DNA of 64,000 nt. It comes from Salpingoeca rosetta. Its lineage: Eukaryota; Protista; Choanoflagellata. Every line of letters begins with the position of its first letter. Position 1 is the first letter of the stretch. The DNA lies in NCBI GenBank assembly GCA_033442325.1, contig JAWQFM010000017.1, positions 526,557 through 590,556 of the forward strand, written 5' to 3'. The position numbers and the translations under genes are program-made. The notes beneath the pieces are model-generated. The model was not told the DNA's origin, ran no database searches, and saw only the letters and a program-made list of their open reading frames with translations. Shown here piece by piece: positions 29,961 to 57,376 of this stretch.

Positions 29961-30353
29961 TCCTTCCACGTTTGCCATACCCTTTCTCCTATTTCTATGC
30001 CACCCCTGCCCAATCCACCTCAACCGTATCACCGCTTGTGATTGTGCTGGGCGCCATCGCAGTGTATTGGCCCGTGCACGCGCGTGCGAGCGTAATAACA
30101 GTGCTTGGGATCACGTGACGTGAACAGAACAGTGAATGAAGCAGAGGGGAAGCAGACGGAGGAGATTCAGAACACCCAAGCAAACACACTAATGGGCCAA
30201 CAACACAAGCGACAGTCCGCTCGTGTACCACTCGACCTACCACACAACACAGGCACGCACACACAAACAGATACACACACACACACAGACACACACACAG
30301 ACACTCACACAGACACTCACACGCACACACACACACAGACACATGACATCGCA

Positions 30354-34364
<4,011 letters not shown>

Positions 34365-34409
34365 AAAATGCACTCCCTTAACAACCCAAGCAAACCCGTT
34401 GTTGTGGCG

Positions 34410-35415
34410 ATGGATGATGGTGGTGATGAGTGGGATGAAGGTGGTGGTGATGTGAGTGAGGGTGAGGAGAACGACGACGTTGTTGACGACGACGGAGAGG
34501 AAGACAATGCAGGAAACAGTGATGATGATGAAAACAGCGGAGAGAAAAAGGACGAGGGCGGAGATGACGGTGACGAAGAAGAGGAGCAAGAGGGTGCTGA
34601 AGATGAGGATGATGCATTTGCATTCGATGGCATGGACGAGGAGGTGCAGAAGCTGCTATCCTTTGATGCATTGAAACAAGCGGCAAAGGAACTGACCACG
34701 TTCCCGCGCATCCCAGGGCCCGCGGCAGTGCTGTTGGAGCGAAGTAATGACCTGTACAAGGCTGGGCAGTATGCCACGGCGCTGCGGTCTTACTTGCGCA
34801 CCCTCAAGGAGGCGGAATCCGGCCTGGAGACGTACCTTGTTCTCGTCACGCTCCTCAACGCTGGAGAATGCAGCATGCACGTCACAGAACCCGACCTCAA
34901 GGCCCTCGGCGAGAGCCTCCTTCGTCGTGCCATGGACCAGGTCAGTCCTCTTTTATGTACCTCCGTGTGGGCGTGTATGTGTGTGTGTGCCTGTACGTGG
35001 GCGTGCACATGTGTGCTTGCACCTGTGTGTGGGTCTGTGTGCCTGTATGTGGGCGTGCACATGTGTGCTTGTACCTGTGTGTGGGTCTGTGTGCCTGCGC
35101 GTGCACATACTCTCGCGCTCCCTCCCTCTCCCCAAAGTATGCTGTTGTGACATCACAATTATGACCACCCTTCTCACACCGCTTCCTCCATCGCACCTGC
35201 ATTAGATTGACCAGAACCCTGGGCCGCAGGCACGCGCGTCGTGTCATGAGTACATCGTACATGCGGCGCGATACTGGTGGGCGGCGGAACTGAAGCTGCC
35301 AGAGCCCCCAAAGAAGACAAAGAAGAAGAGGAGAAAGGGGTCGAAGAAAGGCGGCAAGGGAAAGAAGAAACTCACCAAGAAAGGCTCCAAGAAGAATAAG
35401 AAGAAGAAGACATAG
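34410..35415 (+). CDS. Acidic N-terminus / TPR-like / Lys-rich C-terminus protein (2 exons)
   Basis: Exon 34410-34941 (in-frame upstream ATG at 34368) and exon ~35205-35415. TPR-like LLERSNDLYKAGQYATALRSYLRTL...LLNAGEC; basic tail KKKRRKGSKKGGKGKKK; stop TAG at 35413-35415. Confidence 0.65.
34985..35097. repeat. 52-bp tandem repeat (~2.2 copies) in the intron of the TPR-like gene
   Basis: The unit GTGTGCCTGTAYGTGGGCGTGCACATGTGTGCTTGYACCTGTGTGTGGGTCT starts at 34985 and at 35037. Confidence 0.85.
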
Positions 35416-36179
35416 ATGCGCGGCGTGAGGGCGACATGGAAAACGCCAGCGTGTGTGTGGACTCGCACATGCCCCTCTCCACTTGCCCTGTGTCATCATT
35501 CACTGACACCTTCTGACCGTGTTACGTTTGCGACCATGTTACGTGTCACGCACGAACCAACAACAGCAACTGCATCACTGCCCACCACCTTCCTTTCCTT
35601 GGTTCCTTGTCTTGACTTTGAGCTCGCGCATGTCGCGCCCATTGCGTTGTTATGTGACAGTCACCTTATCTTGCTCTTGTTACATCCCAGCCCACACTCG
35701 CCTGTCGGCATGCAATGTGGTAATAACCACAAGTGCTCTTTCCTCCTTTCTCAGTCTCCATTGTAAACGACCACGACACACACCAGCACCGTCATTGGGG
35801 ACGGAAATGCTTCAAAGAAAGGAAACGCTTCACCACGGAAAGGTGTTGTTGTAACACTGCGCAGCACAGACGCCTCGCAGGCTGACATCATCGAACGGAA
35901 CACCACGGAAGAGCAAGGAAGAGGGGAGAGGGTGTGCGGGCGGTAGTCACAGACAATAGCACAACAAGACAACGAAAGCACAAGCAGACACAAGCGGATG
36001 AAGAACATGGCAGCAACGCAACCCATGCACACACATGAAGAAGAAAGAAGAAGAAGAAGAAGAAGAGGTCCCCCAGCAAGAGCCACATAACACAAGAAGA
36101 AGAGCAACAGCAGCAAGAAATGCTGCAGGGAAGCGTGCGCTCTCGCCATTTTAGCAGTGCACGCACCCCACTTCTCCAC

Positions 36180-36575
36180 TCAGTAGGCAGGTGGGTAGCC
36201 CTGCTGCTGCTGGGGTGGATAACCCTGTGGCGGGTAGCCTTGCTGCTGCTGTGGTGGGTAGCCTTGCTGCTGTGGTGGGTAGCCCTGTTGACCCTGTGGT
36301 GGGTAAGCAGCCTGCTGGCCAGGGTATGGCTGCTGGGGCTGGCCCTGTGGCTGCTGGTTGATGTACTTGCCACCCTGGCCGGCACCTTCATAGTCCACAG
36401 AGGTGGGGTGGAGCTTCAGCTCGTGGTACGTCTGTGCCTGCATGCACGCTTGCGTCAGGCACTATGGAGGGATGCCGACGTGGGGTTGAGGGGGTTGGAA
36501 TGGGAAGGTGGGAGTGGCTTTGGGTGAGCGACGCGACGTTGATTTGCGCAGTTGATACAAGTGCAGCGAGGATTT

Positions 36576-36645
<70 letters not shown>

Positions 36646-36924
36646 TATACGGACACCCACACACACACACCCACAGACAAACACGCACACAGGCACAGAT
36701 GTACAGACAGACAGACAGACACACACACACACACACAGACACGCATGCGCAACAACCCTACTACCAGCAACGGGTGCAAAGCTTGCTCGGGTCAACTCAC
36801 GTAGACGATGTCGGCAATGAGATCAATCAGGTTAGCAAGTGCATCCAGACCATCAATGAAGATGGCAAGGATGTTGCAGATGCACGAGAGAATCTGCATG
36901 CAGTTGTTGAAGCGCTGTGTGCAA

Positions 36925-36990
<66 letters not shown>

Positions 36991-38631
36991 CAAAGCACAA
37001 AGAAAACGGCGGTGAGGAAGGCGTGAAAAGAGGGGGAAGTACTGAAGCAGAGAAAGGGAGAGGCAAGATCACACGAGTACCCGGGGTCGAGTGGCACCAC
37101 GTTCACAACAACACGTGACACGCTCGCCCGCCCGCACGCACACAACACACGCAGTTGCATACACTCATGCCTGCATGCATGCCTGCATGCATGCAAACGC
37201 AACGACGGGCACGACAAGGCCAACACACACCAGCATCAAGGCAAACGACGGCAGCAGACAACAAGGAAACACGGCAACTCACAATGATGCGGTTGTCGCA
37301 AGGGTCCGTGATGATCTGGCGCTCCACCTGCACGTAGATGCGCGTGGCGGAGATGGCACACGCCTCACAGATGCTGACCTGTTCAGGTGAATAATACACA
37401 CGAGGGCGAGCACAAAAGAGAAGGTGTGTTGTTGTCGTTGTGTGAGTACGCGAGTGAGAATGAAAAGAAATCCAACTTCAACAGATAGTACAAGTGTGCA
37501 CACAAACACACACACACACACACATGTACACACACACGCACACATGTACACACACGCATGCACACACACACACACACATGTACACACACACACACACACG
37601 CACAGACCTCGAGGCACAGGCAAAGCCAAGGGCACGACTCCTGCAGCGGCACGCAGTTCATGCACTTGGCTGAAGGTATCAAACGAGCACAATAAACATG
37701 TGCGTGAGCACAACACAGGTCGTACACAGGTCGCAGCATCAGAAGTCAGGAAAAAACAAAGCAATTCATTCTTGCAACGAGCAGCGCAGTATCAGGCCCA
37801 CTTTCGCATGCTCTTAGGTCTGCCCTCGCAAAGACTCTCTCGGGAGGACAACTTACGGCAGATGAAGCCCTGGCAGCAGGAGTACTTGCTCATGTCCTCG
37901 TTCAGGGCCTTGTAGCGCAGGTACATGGCGCAGCAGCACGGGAAGAACATGGCGCAGCAGCAACCTGTCACATGCAGCAGAGCAGCCCATCACGTCAGTA
38001 TCCACGTGCGTGCGTGTGTGTGTGCGTGCATGTGTGTGTGTGTGTGTCTGTGTGTCTGTGAAATTGTCATTGCCTGCAGGCAACATGCGCGAGACCACAG
38101 AAGGCCCGAAGCCCTGGTGTTCGTGTTCGAGACGTGCAGCAACAAACAGCAACAAACAGCAACAACAACAACAACTCATACAGCAAGTGCAGTGCAACTG
38201 CGCGACATACCAAGCGGCTGGTTGCAGCCGGCCTTGAGCATGGACGTCTCCCATTGACGATCCTGTGGTGGTGGTTATGTGTTGGACAGCGTGAGACGTA
38301 GAGAGTCAGGACAAGCACGAAGGTAAGAAGGTAATGAATATGACATGCTGATATGAGGCGTCTAGGCGTCGTGGAGGCAACCACCTATGCGCGAATGCGC
38401 CAACGCAAGACAGCGTTTCCGGACAACCACAAGAGGACAAGCGACGAGGCGATCTGCGTTTCACACATCAACAACCACACCGTATGTACAACACCGTACA
38501 TCCCATCCGTCCGTGTTTCTGACAACACCGCCCACTCAACCCATCCCATCCCATTCCATCCCATCGCTTGCCTGAAGGTCCTTGCGCGGATCATCTTCGG
38601 TGGGTGAGCCATCACAGAGGAACTGGCACAT
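36180..38631 (-). CDS. PLAC8-like cysteine-rich membrane protein with YPP-rich tail, paralogue B (7 exons)
   Basis: [87 protein letters not shown] and a GYPPQ repeat tail resemble the plant-type PLAC8 proteins that carry the ALYNDMSRYTCCAG / CDNCII / ACMQTQH motifs. Confidence 0.85.
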
Positions 38632-39111
38632 CTTGTTTGTGTTCTTTGTGTTGTTGTTGTTGCAGAACGCAAATGAGGCGAGGGGAGGAGGGGGAGGCAA
38701 CAAGCAGCAAAGCAACACAGACGAGGAGACGAGGGGTGGATATGCAACGGGTGAAGGGGGAATTGGCGCACAAGCAAGATGAAGAAGGTGAAAAGCCAGA
38801 AAACAAAACCAAAACGGCTGCCAGGCGAAGATTGGATGTATCTTCGCATAAACACCCAAACAGTGCGCCCTGTTTGTTGGTCCTGTCGCAAGCAAGTCCT
38901 GAGTGCCGACACATGACATGACTACATGAACATGACCCCGCATACCGCTTCGCGCTCGCGCTCACTGACTCTTCTGCGCTCTTGTAGGTTCTTCTGGACT
39001 TCTTCCCTTGACCACACGCACACACACACACACACACATACACACACACGCACACACACACGCACACACACACGCACACACACACACACACACACTCACA
39101 CACACACTCTC

Positions 39112-41079
39112 TCACTGGCGTGGTGGGTAGTGCTGTTGCGGTGGGTAAGGTGCGGCTGAGGGCGTGTACTGGGGCGGGTAGCCCTGCGGAGGATAAGCCT
39201 GCTGCTGCTGATGCTGCTGCTGGGGTGGATACGCCATTGGTGGGTAGTACTGCTGCTGCTGTTGCTGTTGCTGTGGAGGGTATGGCTGCTGGATGGCGTT
39301 GAAGTTGCCTGGCTGGTGGTGGTGTTGTGCTGGGTGTTGCTGTTGCATCTTTGGCTGCTGTGTGATGGCGCCGCCGCTCACGCCGTCGTAGTCTGTCGCG
39401 GTCGGGTGGAGCTTCAGCTCATGGAACGTCTGTGCTTGCATGCACGCTTGTGTCAGGCACTACATAGTATCGGAGTGTGTGTGTGTGTGTGTGTGTGTGC
39501 GTCGTGTGAAGTGCAAGGATGAGATTGCGTGAAGATTCCACTCCACGCCTCTGCGTAAATTCCATGGTTGAACTAGCACGCGGGCAGACGTATTCAACAC
39601 GTTCACACACACACACACACACTCTCTCTCTTTCTCTCGACTTCACATGCACACACATTCTCGCGCATTCATGTCAGCGCATTGTCTTACGTAGACGATA
39701 TCGGCAATCAGGTCGATGAGTGCGGCAAGTGCATCCAGACCATCAATGAAGATGGCGAGGATGTTGCAGACACACGACAGGATCTGCATGAAGTTGTTGA
39801 AGCGCTGTCGAGCCAGACGAGCACGAAAATTGCATGGCACGGATGAGTGCTTCGTCTGACGTGTTCACGCCAACACAGACACACAGACATACAGACATGC
39901 AGACATACAGACACAGACATACAGACACACAGACATACAGAAAAACAGACATACAACCACACACCAGCCTTTCTCTTCCCTTTCTCTCAAACACTCACGA
40001 TGATGCGGTTGTCGCAAGGGTCCGTGATAATCTGGCGCTCCACCTGCACGTAGATGCGCGTGGCGGAGATGGCACAGCTCTCGCACAGCGTCACCTGAGC
40101 GAGTGTGTGTGTGTGTGTGTGAGTGCGTGAGTGAGTGAGTGAGTGAGTGAATGTGAGTGTGAGTGTGAGTGTGAGTGAGTGAGTGAGTGAGTGAATGTGA
40201 GTGTGAGTGTGAGTGTGAGTGCGTGAGAGAGAGTGTGTGTGAGAGAGAGAGAGAAAGAATGTGTACGTGTGCATGTGAGTGAGGGATAAGGGTGACAGTG
40301 TTAGGAAGCGCTTTGCCCCCGCCCCGCCCTCTGCACATCTTGAAACCCCCTGCCACATGCTCACCTCAAGGCAGAGGCAGCACCAAGGGCAGTCGTCCTG
40401 ACCAGGAAAGCACTTGGTGATGCCTGTCGAAGGGAGGCAGTAAGAGACAAGCGACGAAAGCGGTCAGTGCGATGTCTTGGGGTAGAACCATGTGACGAGC
40501 AAGAATGTGCATAAACAAGGACACAGACACGTGCACCCTTAACACTTACACATACGCACATAAACACACACACACACACACAGATACACAAGAGATAGAA
40601 GCCACTCACTTGGGCAGATGAAGCCCTGGCAGCAAGAATACTTGCTCATGTCCTCGTTCAGAGCCTTGTAGCGCAGGTACATGGCGCAGCAGCACGGAAA
40701 GCACATGGCAGCCAGGCAGCCTGCAAATGGTGCGTCGTGGTTTGCATTGGTGGCGTTCAGTGAGCTCAGGTATATACACGGGGGTGTCTTGCGCGTGGTT
40801 GTTGCGTCCACGAGCGTGCTGCACAACACACTGCAAATTTGCTTGTACCACAACGCATTGTCAAGGTGCTCTTGTACTGACCGAGAGGCTGGTTGCAGCC
40901 CGCATGCAGCATGGACGTTTCCCATTGCCGGGCCTGTGTATCGTGGAAGGTGGGGTGGCGATAAGATATGGGGCATAGGAGGCAGAATGGTGGCAAGAAG
41001 AGGGGGAGAACAAGGAGAAGGCGAAAAGGAGAAGGAGAAGGCTAAAAGGAGGAGGAGGAGGAGGAGGAGGAGGGGAGAC

Positions 41080-41166
<87 letters not shown>

Positions 41167-41292
41167 TCCACACGCGCTCACGCGCCCATTCTCACACAAG
41201 ACACCAAGTCTTCCTCTTCCTTGACATACATTGTACTTGTAGAGGCCACGCTTGTCCTCAACCGGGGACCCGTCGCACAGGCAGTCGCACAT
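39112..41292 (-). CDS. PLAC8-like cysteine-rich membrane protein with YPP-rich tail, paralogue A (7 exons)
   Basis: Same exon structure and near-identical core peptides as 36180-38631: [75 protein letters not shown] and ACMQAQTFHELK. Confidence 0.85.
41079..41165. repeat. (CAA)n microsatellite, intronic
   Basis: Directly visible. Confidence 0.95.
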
Positions 41293-41742
41293 CGTGCTTG
41301 CGGTGTTGTTGGGGGCAAAGTCAGGGAGTGGGGGGTGGTGTGTGTGGGGGTGTGCGTGTGTTGCGATCGCCAAGTACGAAACAATAAGGGAAGAAGGGTT
41401 GTAGCAAAAGGCGCTTGGTTGTGCTGAAGGCGAAATAAATTGCTGAGTCAGCACAAACACCGCGATTGCGTTGAACCAGAAGCAAAAGGGCGAACGTCGA
41501 GCGAAGCAAAAGCAACGTGGTGTGCATGAGGCAAGCAAGACGGGCAGAAAGACGAAGGACCAGCCTTTCTTGGCTTGGTGTGCCTTGCTGAGATCTCAAC
41601 ATCGATCGCATTTCCACCCACACCCTCAGCGCCAGCGACGACGACGGTCACGATACAGCACACATACACACACTCACACATACACAGACACAGATACACG
41701 AACACATACACAGACACACGAACACACACATTCACAGCAGCA

Positions 41743-43044
41743 ATGATGTTCTCTATCGCATCCGCATGCAAGAGTTCTGCTCAGCGGCGGGCAGCCTGCT
41801 TGCTCGTTGACGGCATCACAGCCTCGGCTCGAGCTTGTGTGCGCGCGCAAACCAGTGCCACGGCCCGCATGCCCACAGCATGCCGCCACACCTCAGCGGC
41901 CGCAGCGATGGTAGCACCGACCGCGCTGCGTCGCATGCACACCGCAGCTGCCCTTGGCCAGCAATCGCAGCCAGCAGTTGAGGAGCCCCACGTGCAACCT
42001 TCACAAGACCGCCAGCAGCAGCAGCAACAGCAACAGCAGGAGCAAAAAGCGCAGCCGGCGAAACCGAGCAACAAAGCAGGTCCGCCCTCGTTGGCGCTCA
42101 AGGGCAAGAAGATGGTGTTCCTGGGCAGCGGCAAGATGGCCGAGGCGATGATGGGCGGCATGCTCAACTCGGGCGCTGTGGAGGCCACACAGGTGACGGC
42201 ATGTGACCCCAACGCAACCCGTCGCACCTTCCTCAGCGACCGCTTCCATATCTCCGCCACAGCCAACAACGCTGACGCAGCTAAGGGCGCCGACATTCTC
42301 ATCCTCGCCGTCAAGCCGCAGACCATGGCCAGCGTCTTTGACGGCATCCGCGACACCATCTCCAAGGAGTGTCTGGTCGTGTCCATTGCTGCCGGCTTCA
42401 CCATCGGCCAGATCCGCGAGGGGCTCGGCGTGGAGCGTGTCGTGCGCGCCATGCCTAACACGCCCGCCCTCATCAACCAGTCCATCACCAGCTGGACGTT
42501 CACGCCGGAGGTGACGACGGAGCAGCGACGCCAGGCGAAGGAGTTCCTGTCCACCTTTGGCGAGGAGGTCCTGCTCTCCGATGAACGCATGCTGGACATG
42601 GCCACCGCCCTCTCCGGCAGCGGGCCCGCCATGTGCCAGCTCATGTTTGAGGCCATGATCGACGCCGGCGTGCACATGGGCTTCCCACGCGACACCTCCC
42701 GCAAGCTGACGCTGCACACGGTCCGCGGTTCCGTCAACCTCGCCCTGGCCTCTGGCGAGCACCCGTCTGTGCTCAAGAACGACATCACCTCCCCCGGCGG
42801 CACCACGGCGGCTGCGCTGTACGAGCTTGAGCGCGGCGGCATGCGCACCGTCATCTCTGACGCGGTGTGGGCGGCCTACCGCCGCTCGCGTGAGCTTGGC
42901 GGCCTCGACTCGCGTGTTGGGCCCGGCCGCTCGCACGTGACGCCGCACCTGCAGCTGCCGCGCGAACTGGTGGACAACCTGCAGCAGGCCACGGAGGCCA
43001 TCAGCGCCGTCACCGAAGAGATTGCACACAAGCAGTCGGACTGA
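41743..43044 (+). CDS. proC: Pyrroline-5-carboxylate reductase with mitochondrial-type presequence; intronless
   Basis: FLGSGKMAEAM, ILAVKPQ, VSIAAG, VRAMPNTPA, ATALSGSGPA, ITSPGGTT and a long Arg/Ala-rich N-terminal extension. Confidence 0.95.
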   Translation: MMFSIASACKSSAQRRAACLLVDGITASARACVRAQTSATARMPTACRHTSAAAAMVAPTALRRMHTAAALGQQSQPAVEEPHVQPSQDRQQQQQQQQQEQKAQPAKPSNKAGPPSLALKGKKMVFLGSGKMAEAMMGGMLNSGAVEATQVTACDPNATRRTFLSDRFHISATANNADAAKGADILILAVKPQTMASVFDGIRDTISKECLVVSIAAGFTIGQIREGLGVERVVRAMPNTPALINQSITSWTFTPEVTTEQRRQAKEFLSTFGEEVLLSDERMLDMATALSGSGPAMCQLMFEAMIDAGVHMGFPRDTSRKLTLHTVRGSVNLALASGEHPSVLKNDITSPGGTTAAALYELERGGMRTVISDAVWAAYRRSRELGGLDSRVGPGRSHVTPHLQLPRELVDNLQQATEAISAVTEEIAHKQSD

Positions 43045-43659
43045 TTGCGCATGCGCGTGTGATTCCATGCTGGCGCGCGTGTGTGTGCGCATGTGTGTGA
43101 TTTGTACAGTGCGTGCGCGCATACCGCGTGCGCGTATGTGTGGATGTCTTGATGTGACTGTGCAAAGGCTGTGCATATTTGACGTGTTCAGTGCGTGACA
43201 TTGTTGTTGTTGTTGTTCTTATCTTCAGCAGTTGGTTGTTGTTACATTACCATTTTGTTTCTGTCTGTTACGTTACTCCCCTTAATGAACGAACAATATG
43301 AGCTGTAAAAACGTTGGCATATGCGAAGGAGAACGCGATGCATAGTGAGCGGGAGTGAGAGTGGGGGAGTGAGAGTGGGGGAGTGAAGAAGAGGCAAACA
43401 AAGGAGCAAGGAAAAAGCAAGGAAGATGCTCGCTGCGACGCCTCCCATCTCGGGTGATTAGGTTGTGCAATTTTGACAAACAAAGCTGCAACTGCCAATA
43501 TCAAACAGCAGCCAACAACAGCAGCAGCCAACAACAGCCAGTCAGTGCAAACGCGGTCAACAACAGGCAGGCAAGCAAGCCAAACCACCCTTTACACGCA
43601 CCCCGCGCCAAGCCACAAACGCAGCAGCACAGGCAGCACCAAACGCAACAATCGCAGGG

Positions 43660-49774
<6,115 letters not shown>

Positions 49775-50671
49775 CGACGACGACGACGACGATGCTGCCG
49801 CTGCTGCGGCTGCTGCTGCTGCTGATGATAATGCTGATGTTGCTCCTGCTGCTGCTGCTGATGATGTTGTTGGTGAAGAAGGGTTGAGGCGTTGTGTTGG
49901 CCGCGATTGGCGGAGCACCACAGCGTGTGGTGCAGGGTGTCGATAGGGGCTTATATCCGACGTTCTGCTGTCAATATTGCGTGATGTTATGTTGTGTGAC
50001 ATGATGTGATGTTCTTTTTACATTACCTCACTCCCTTTTTCGAAGCCTTTGCGTCTCGTGTTCATAGCTCACTGTACATTCAAGCAAGCGTGTGGGAAGA
50101 GAGAAGGGGGGGGGGAGGGAGGGAGGACGCAAGGGCATTACAGCTTACAACGTGGTTAGTTTGTGGACGATTACATACACACGAGGTTTTGATTGGTTCT
50201 CAACCGTCGTCGTGTGTGTCGTGTGTGTCGTGTGTTGGGAGTTGGTGGGAATATGTGTATGCAAGCGCGCGTGTGTCTCACAGTGGCATTGGCCACCCAG
50301 TCTGCTTATCTCGCTGAGAGAGGGTGCGTGTGTGTGTGTGTGTGTGTGTGTGTCACTCACACACACACACACACACACACACTTCAAAAGGTATGTTCTT
50401 CGTTCGTGACAGGTGTACTCAGACGTTTCAAGAGGGAGCGTGGGCGGACGTGAGACATAAACACAACGACAGCAGGAAGCAAGGGACACTCAAGAAAATG
50501 TTACAAACAAACAAGCAAGTAAGGAACGACACAAACAGGAACCGAACAGCGTTGTAAGCAGCGAAAGAGCCGTGCATATGGCAAATCGAGCTAGAGGGAG
50601 CAAGAAACACGCAAGAGGAAAGAAGAAGAGGAAAGCAGAAGGAGGAAAGGAGAGGGAAGAGGGGTTGCTGC

Positions 50672-50672
<1 letters not shown>

Positions 50673-50743
<71 letters not shown>

Positions 50744-50759
50744 GTTGTTGTTGTTGTTG
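50673..50759. repeat. (TTG)n microsatellite downstream of the TLC gene
   Basis: Directly visible. Confidence 0.95.
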
Positions 50760-50860
50760 CGACATCCGTCAAACACAGCGTGTACGTCTCGGCGTCACAG
50801 TCAAAAAGCAGCGCCAGAAGTTCACCGCATACGCACGCGACAACAAATGGTGGTGGCTGA

Positions 50861-51204
50861 TCAGTTGTTCTTCTTCTTCGCTGCAGCGCGAGCGTCCTTC
50901 TCCTTTGCAGCGAGGTCGCGTGGAGAGACGTCGAGGGTCTGCAGGACGAGGTGGCGCTCGTGGGAGCGAATTACGCGCTCGAGGAAATACATTCCGTTCC
51001 AGTAGAAGGTGAGGATGACCACCCACGCGGCAACGTTGGCAACTGTGCTCACGCGTGTGTGTATGTGTGTGCGTGTGTGTGTGTGTGTGTATGTGTGTGC
51101 GTGCGTGTGTGTGTGTGTGTGTGTGAGGAGGGGCGGGAGGGAGCAATTGGATGTGTACTGCCAAGCGCCATTCGACACACACAGCCACACACAGCCACAC
51201 TCAG

Positions 51205-51238
<34 letters not shown>

Positions 51239-52091
51239 AGAGAGACAGTGACACACAATCACACACACACACACAGACACACACACACAGACACACAAAC
51301 ACACACACACAGACACACAGACACACACACACACACACGCACAGACACACATACACACATACACACACAGAGAAGCATGTGGCGTCCTACGTGTTTGGTC
51401 GCGAATGAGCGGGATGGTGGAAGTTGGGAGGCGCATGGAGAGGTCTGGATCAGCGATGCGCTTGTTCGCCTCAACGAGGTTGTGGTACGTGAGCCACGCA
51501 TGGATGATGCAGCCTTGAACGACGGGAGGATGTATGGTGGCAATGTGTGAGGTGCGAATGATGCTTGTTGTGAAGGAGACAAGGGGAAACGCAGACATGG
51601 GTGTGTGCGAGAGGGAACATGGTGCACAGCCAGTGAGAAATGTACACACAGAGACACAGGCACACAGGCACACAGACACACAGACACACAGACGCACAGA
51701 CACAGACACACACACACACACAGACATACACTTACGCACCTGGGGCACGGACCCAGTTCTGCACCCAAACGTTCCACTCCTTCTCTTGCATCTTCGAGAT
51801 GACGTTGCACTTGATGAGGACGAGGAAAATGTAGTCGATACCGCCTGTAAGATGACGCGCGCGAGCGGAAACGGCGATCAGTGCGCATGAGTGCGTGTAT
51901 TGTTCGCGGGGTGGCAATTATGTCATGGATAAACGCATGCAGAAGTAGAGAAACGTAAACCACGCACACACGCACACAAAAGATTACACACACAGGTGCA
52001 CACAGACGAGTACACACAGACACACAGGTACACAGGCACACAGGCACACAGGCACACACACACACACACACACAGGTACACAGGCACACAG

Positions 52092-52129
<38 letters not shown>

Positions 52130-52877
52130 GCATGCACATGCACACAATCAAAATATGCAAACAAAGCATCAGACAAACATTACCTGGAAGGCCACTGGCG
52201 TAGAAGGCGCCATGAGCAATCATGTGGCCAGGGGCAAGCATGTATGCGAGTGGAAGCATGACAATCACCATCACCACATGGTGCACCTGTCGTGAAGCAC
52301 AAGCGTGGTGAGGACACAAAATGGCGTGAATGATCACAAAGGTACATGTCACGTATGGAGGCCAAACAACTTCCAGGGACTACGCCTTGGCGCGCAAAGC
52401 ATTTTGCACACGGGACACCCGCTTCCCCCCCCCCCAGCAGCAAAGAAGCAGCAGCCCACGAATTTGCACACCCGCACGTGACTGCGAACCATTGCACGCA
52501 CGCGATCCATGTGGGGGTGCAGCCCAACTCACCCAGTCCACCCAAGGAAGGGGACGGTAGAAGATGATGTGGTAGATGTGGAGGGCGAAGATGGCGACGG
52601 TGCCGCGCGTGTCGCATGGGCCGAGATAGGCGTTGGTGGGGTCGGAGTATGCTGCAACAACGTCCTTGAAGTGGATGACGACGACGTAGGCGTTGACGAG
52701 GATGTGCAGGGAGAAGTAGCGGGTGGTGGAGGCGCGCTCTGGGAACCACTTGACCACGTTCACCAGCAGCCAGTCCATGGCAAACAGGGCGGCAAAGCAC
52801 TTGAGCAAGAAGATGAAGTCTCCCTGCACATCAAGCGGCACGCCAACATCAAGATCGAAGCTCCCGGCGCCTGGCAT
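50861..52877 (-). CDS. TLC (TRAM/LAG1/CLN8) domain multi-pass membrane protein (5 exons)
   Basis: [25 protein letters not shown] (HH motif), [24 protein letters not shown] and FYWNGMYF, with several hydrophobic helices. Confidence 0.75.
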
Positions 52878-53130
52878 GGTCGCGGTCGTTGTTGTTGTTG
52901 GTGTTGGTGGTGTTGGTGTTCAGTGACAGCACGGGAGGTGCGTGTGATGATGCGATGGGCAAGTGATGGGAATGGAGGCAGGCGGTGCAGCGTGCAGAAT
53001 GCTGCGAGGCGCGAGTTGAAAAGCAAGAACAACAACACAAACAAGCATAAAACTGCTGACGTCGGCATTTTTGCGGCCTCTTTGTTGTGTTTTGTTGTTG
53101 GGAGGACACCCCGCCAGCCAGTCAGCGAAG
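52878..53130. promoter_or_regulatory. Probable bidirectional promoter between the TLC gene and the sugar porter
   Basis: 253 bp separate divergent ATGs. Confidence 0.5.

Positions 53131-57376
<4,246 letters not shown>

Noticed and set aside
41781-43176. Long antisense ORFs (357 and 391 aa) opposite proC
   Set aside because: These are shadow ORFs expected from GC-rich codon usage on the coding strand.
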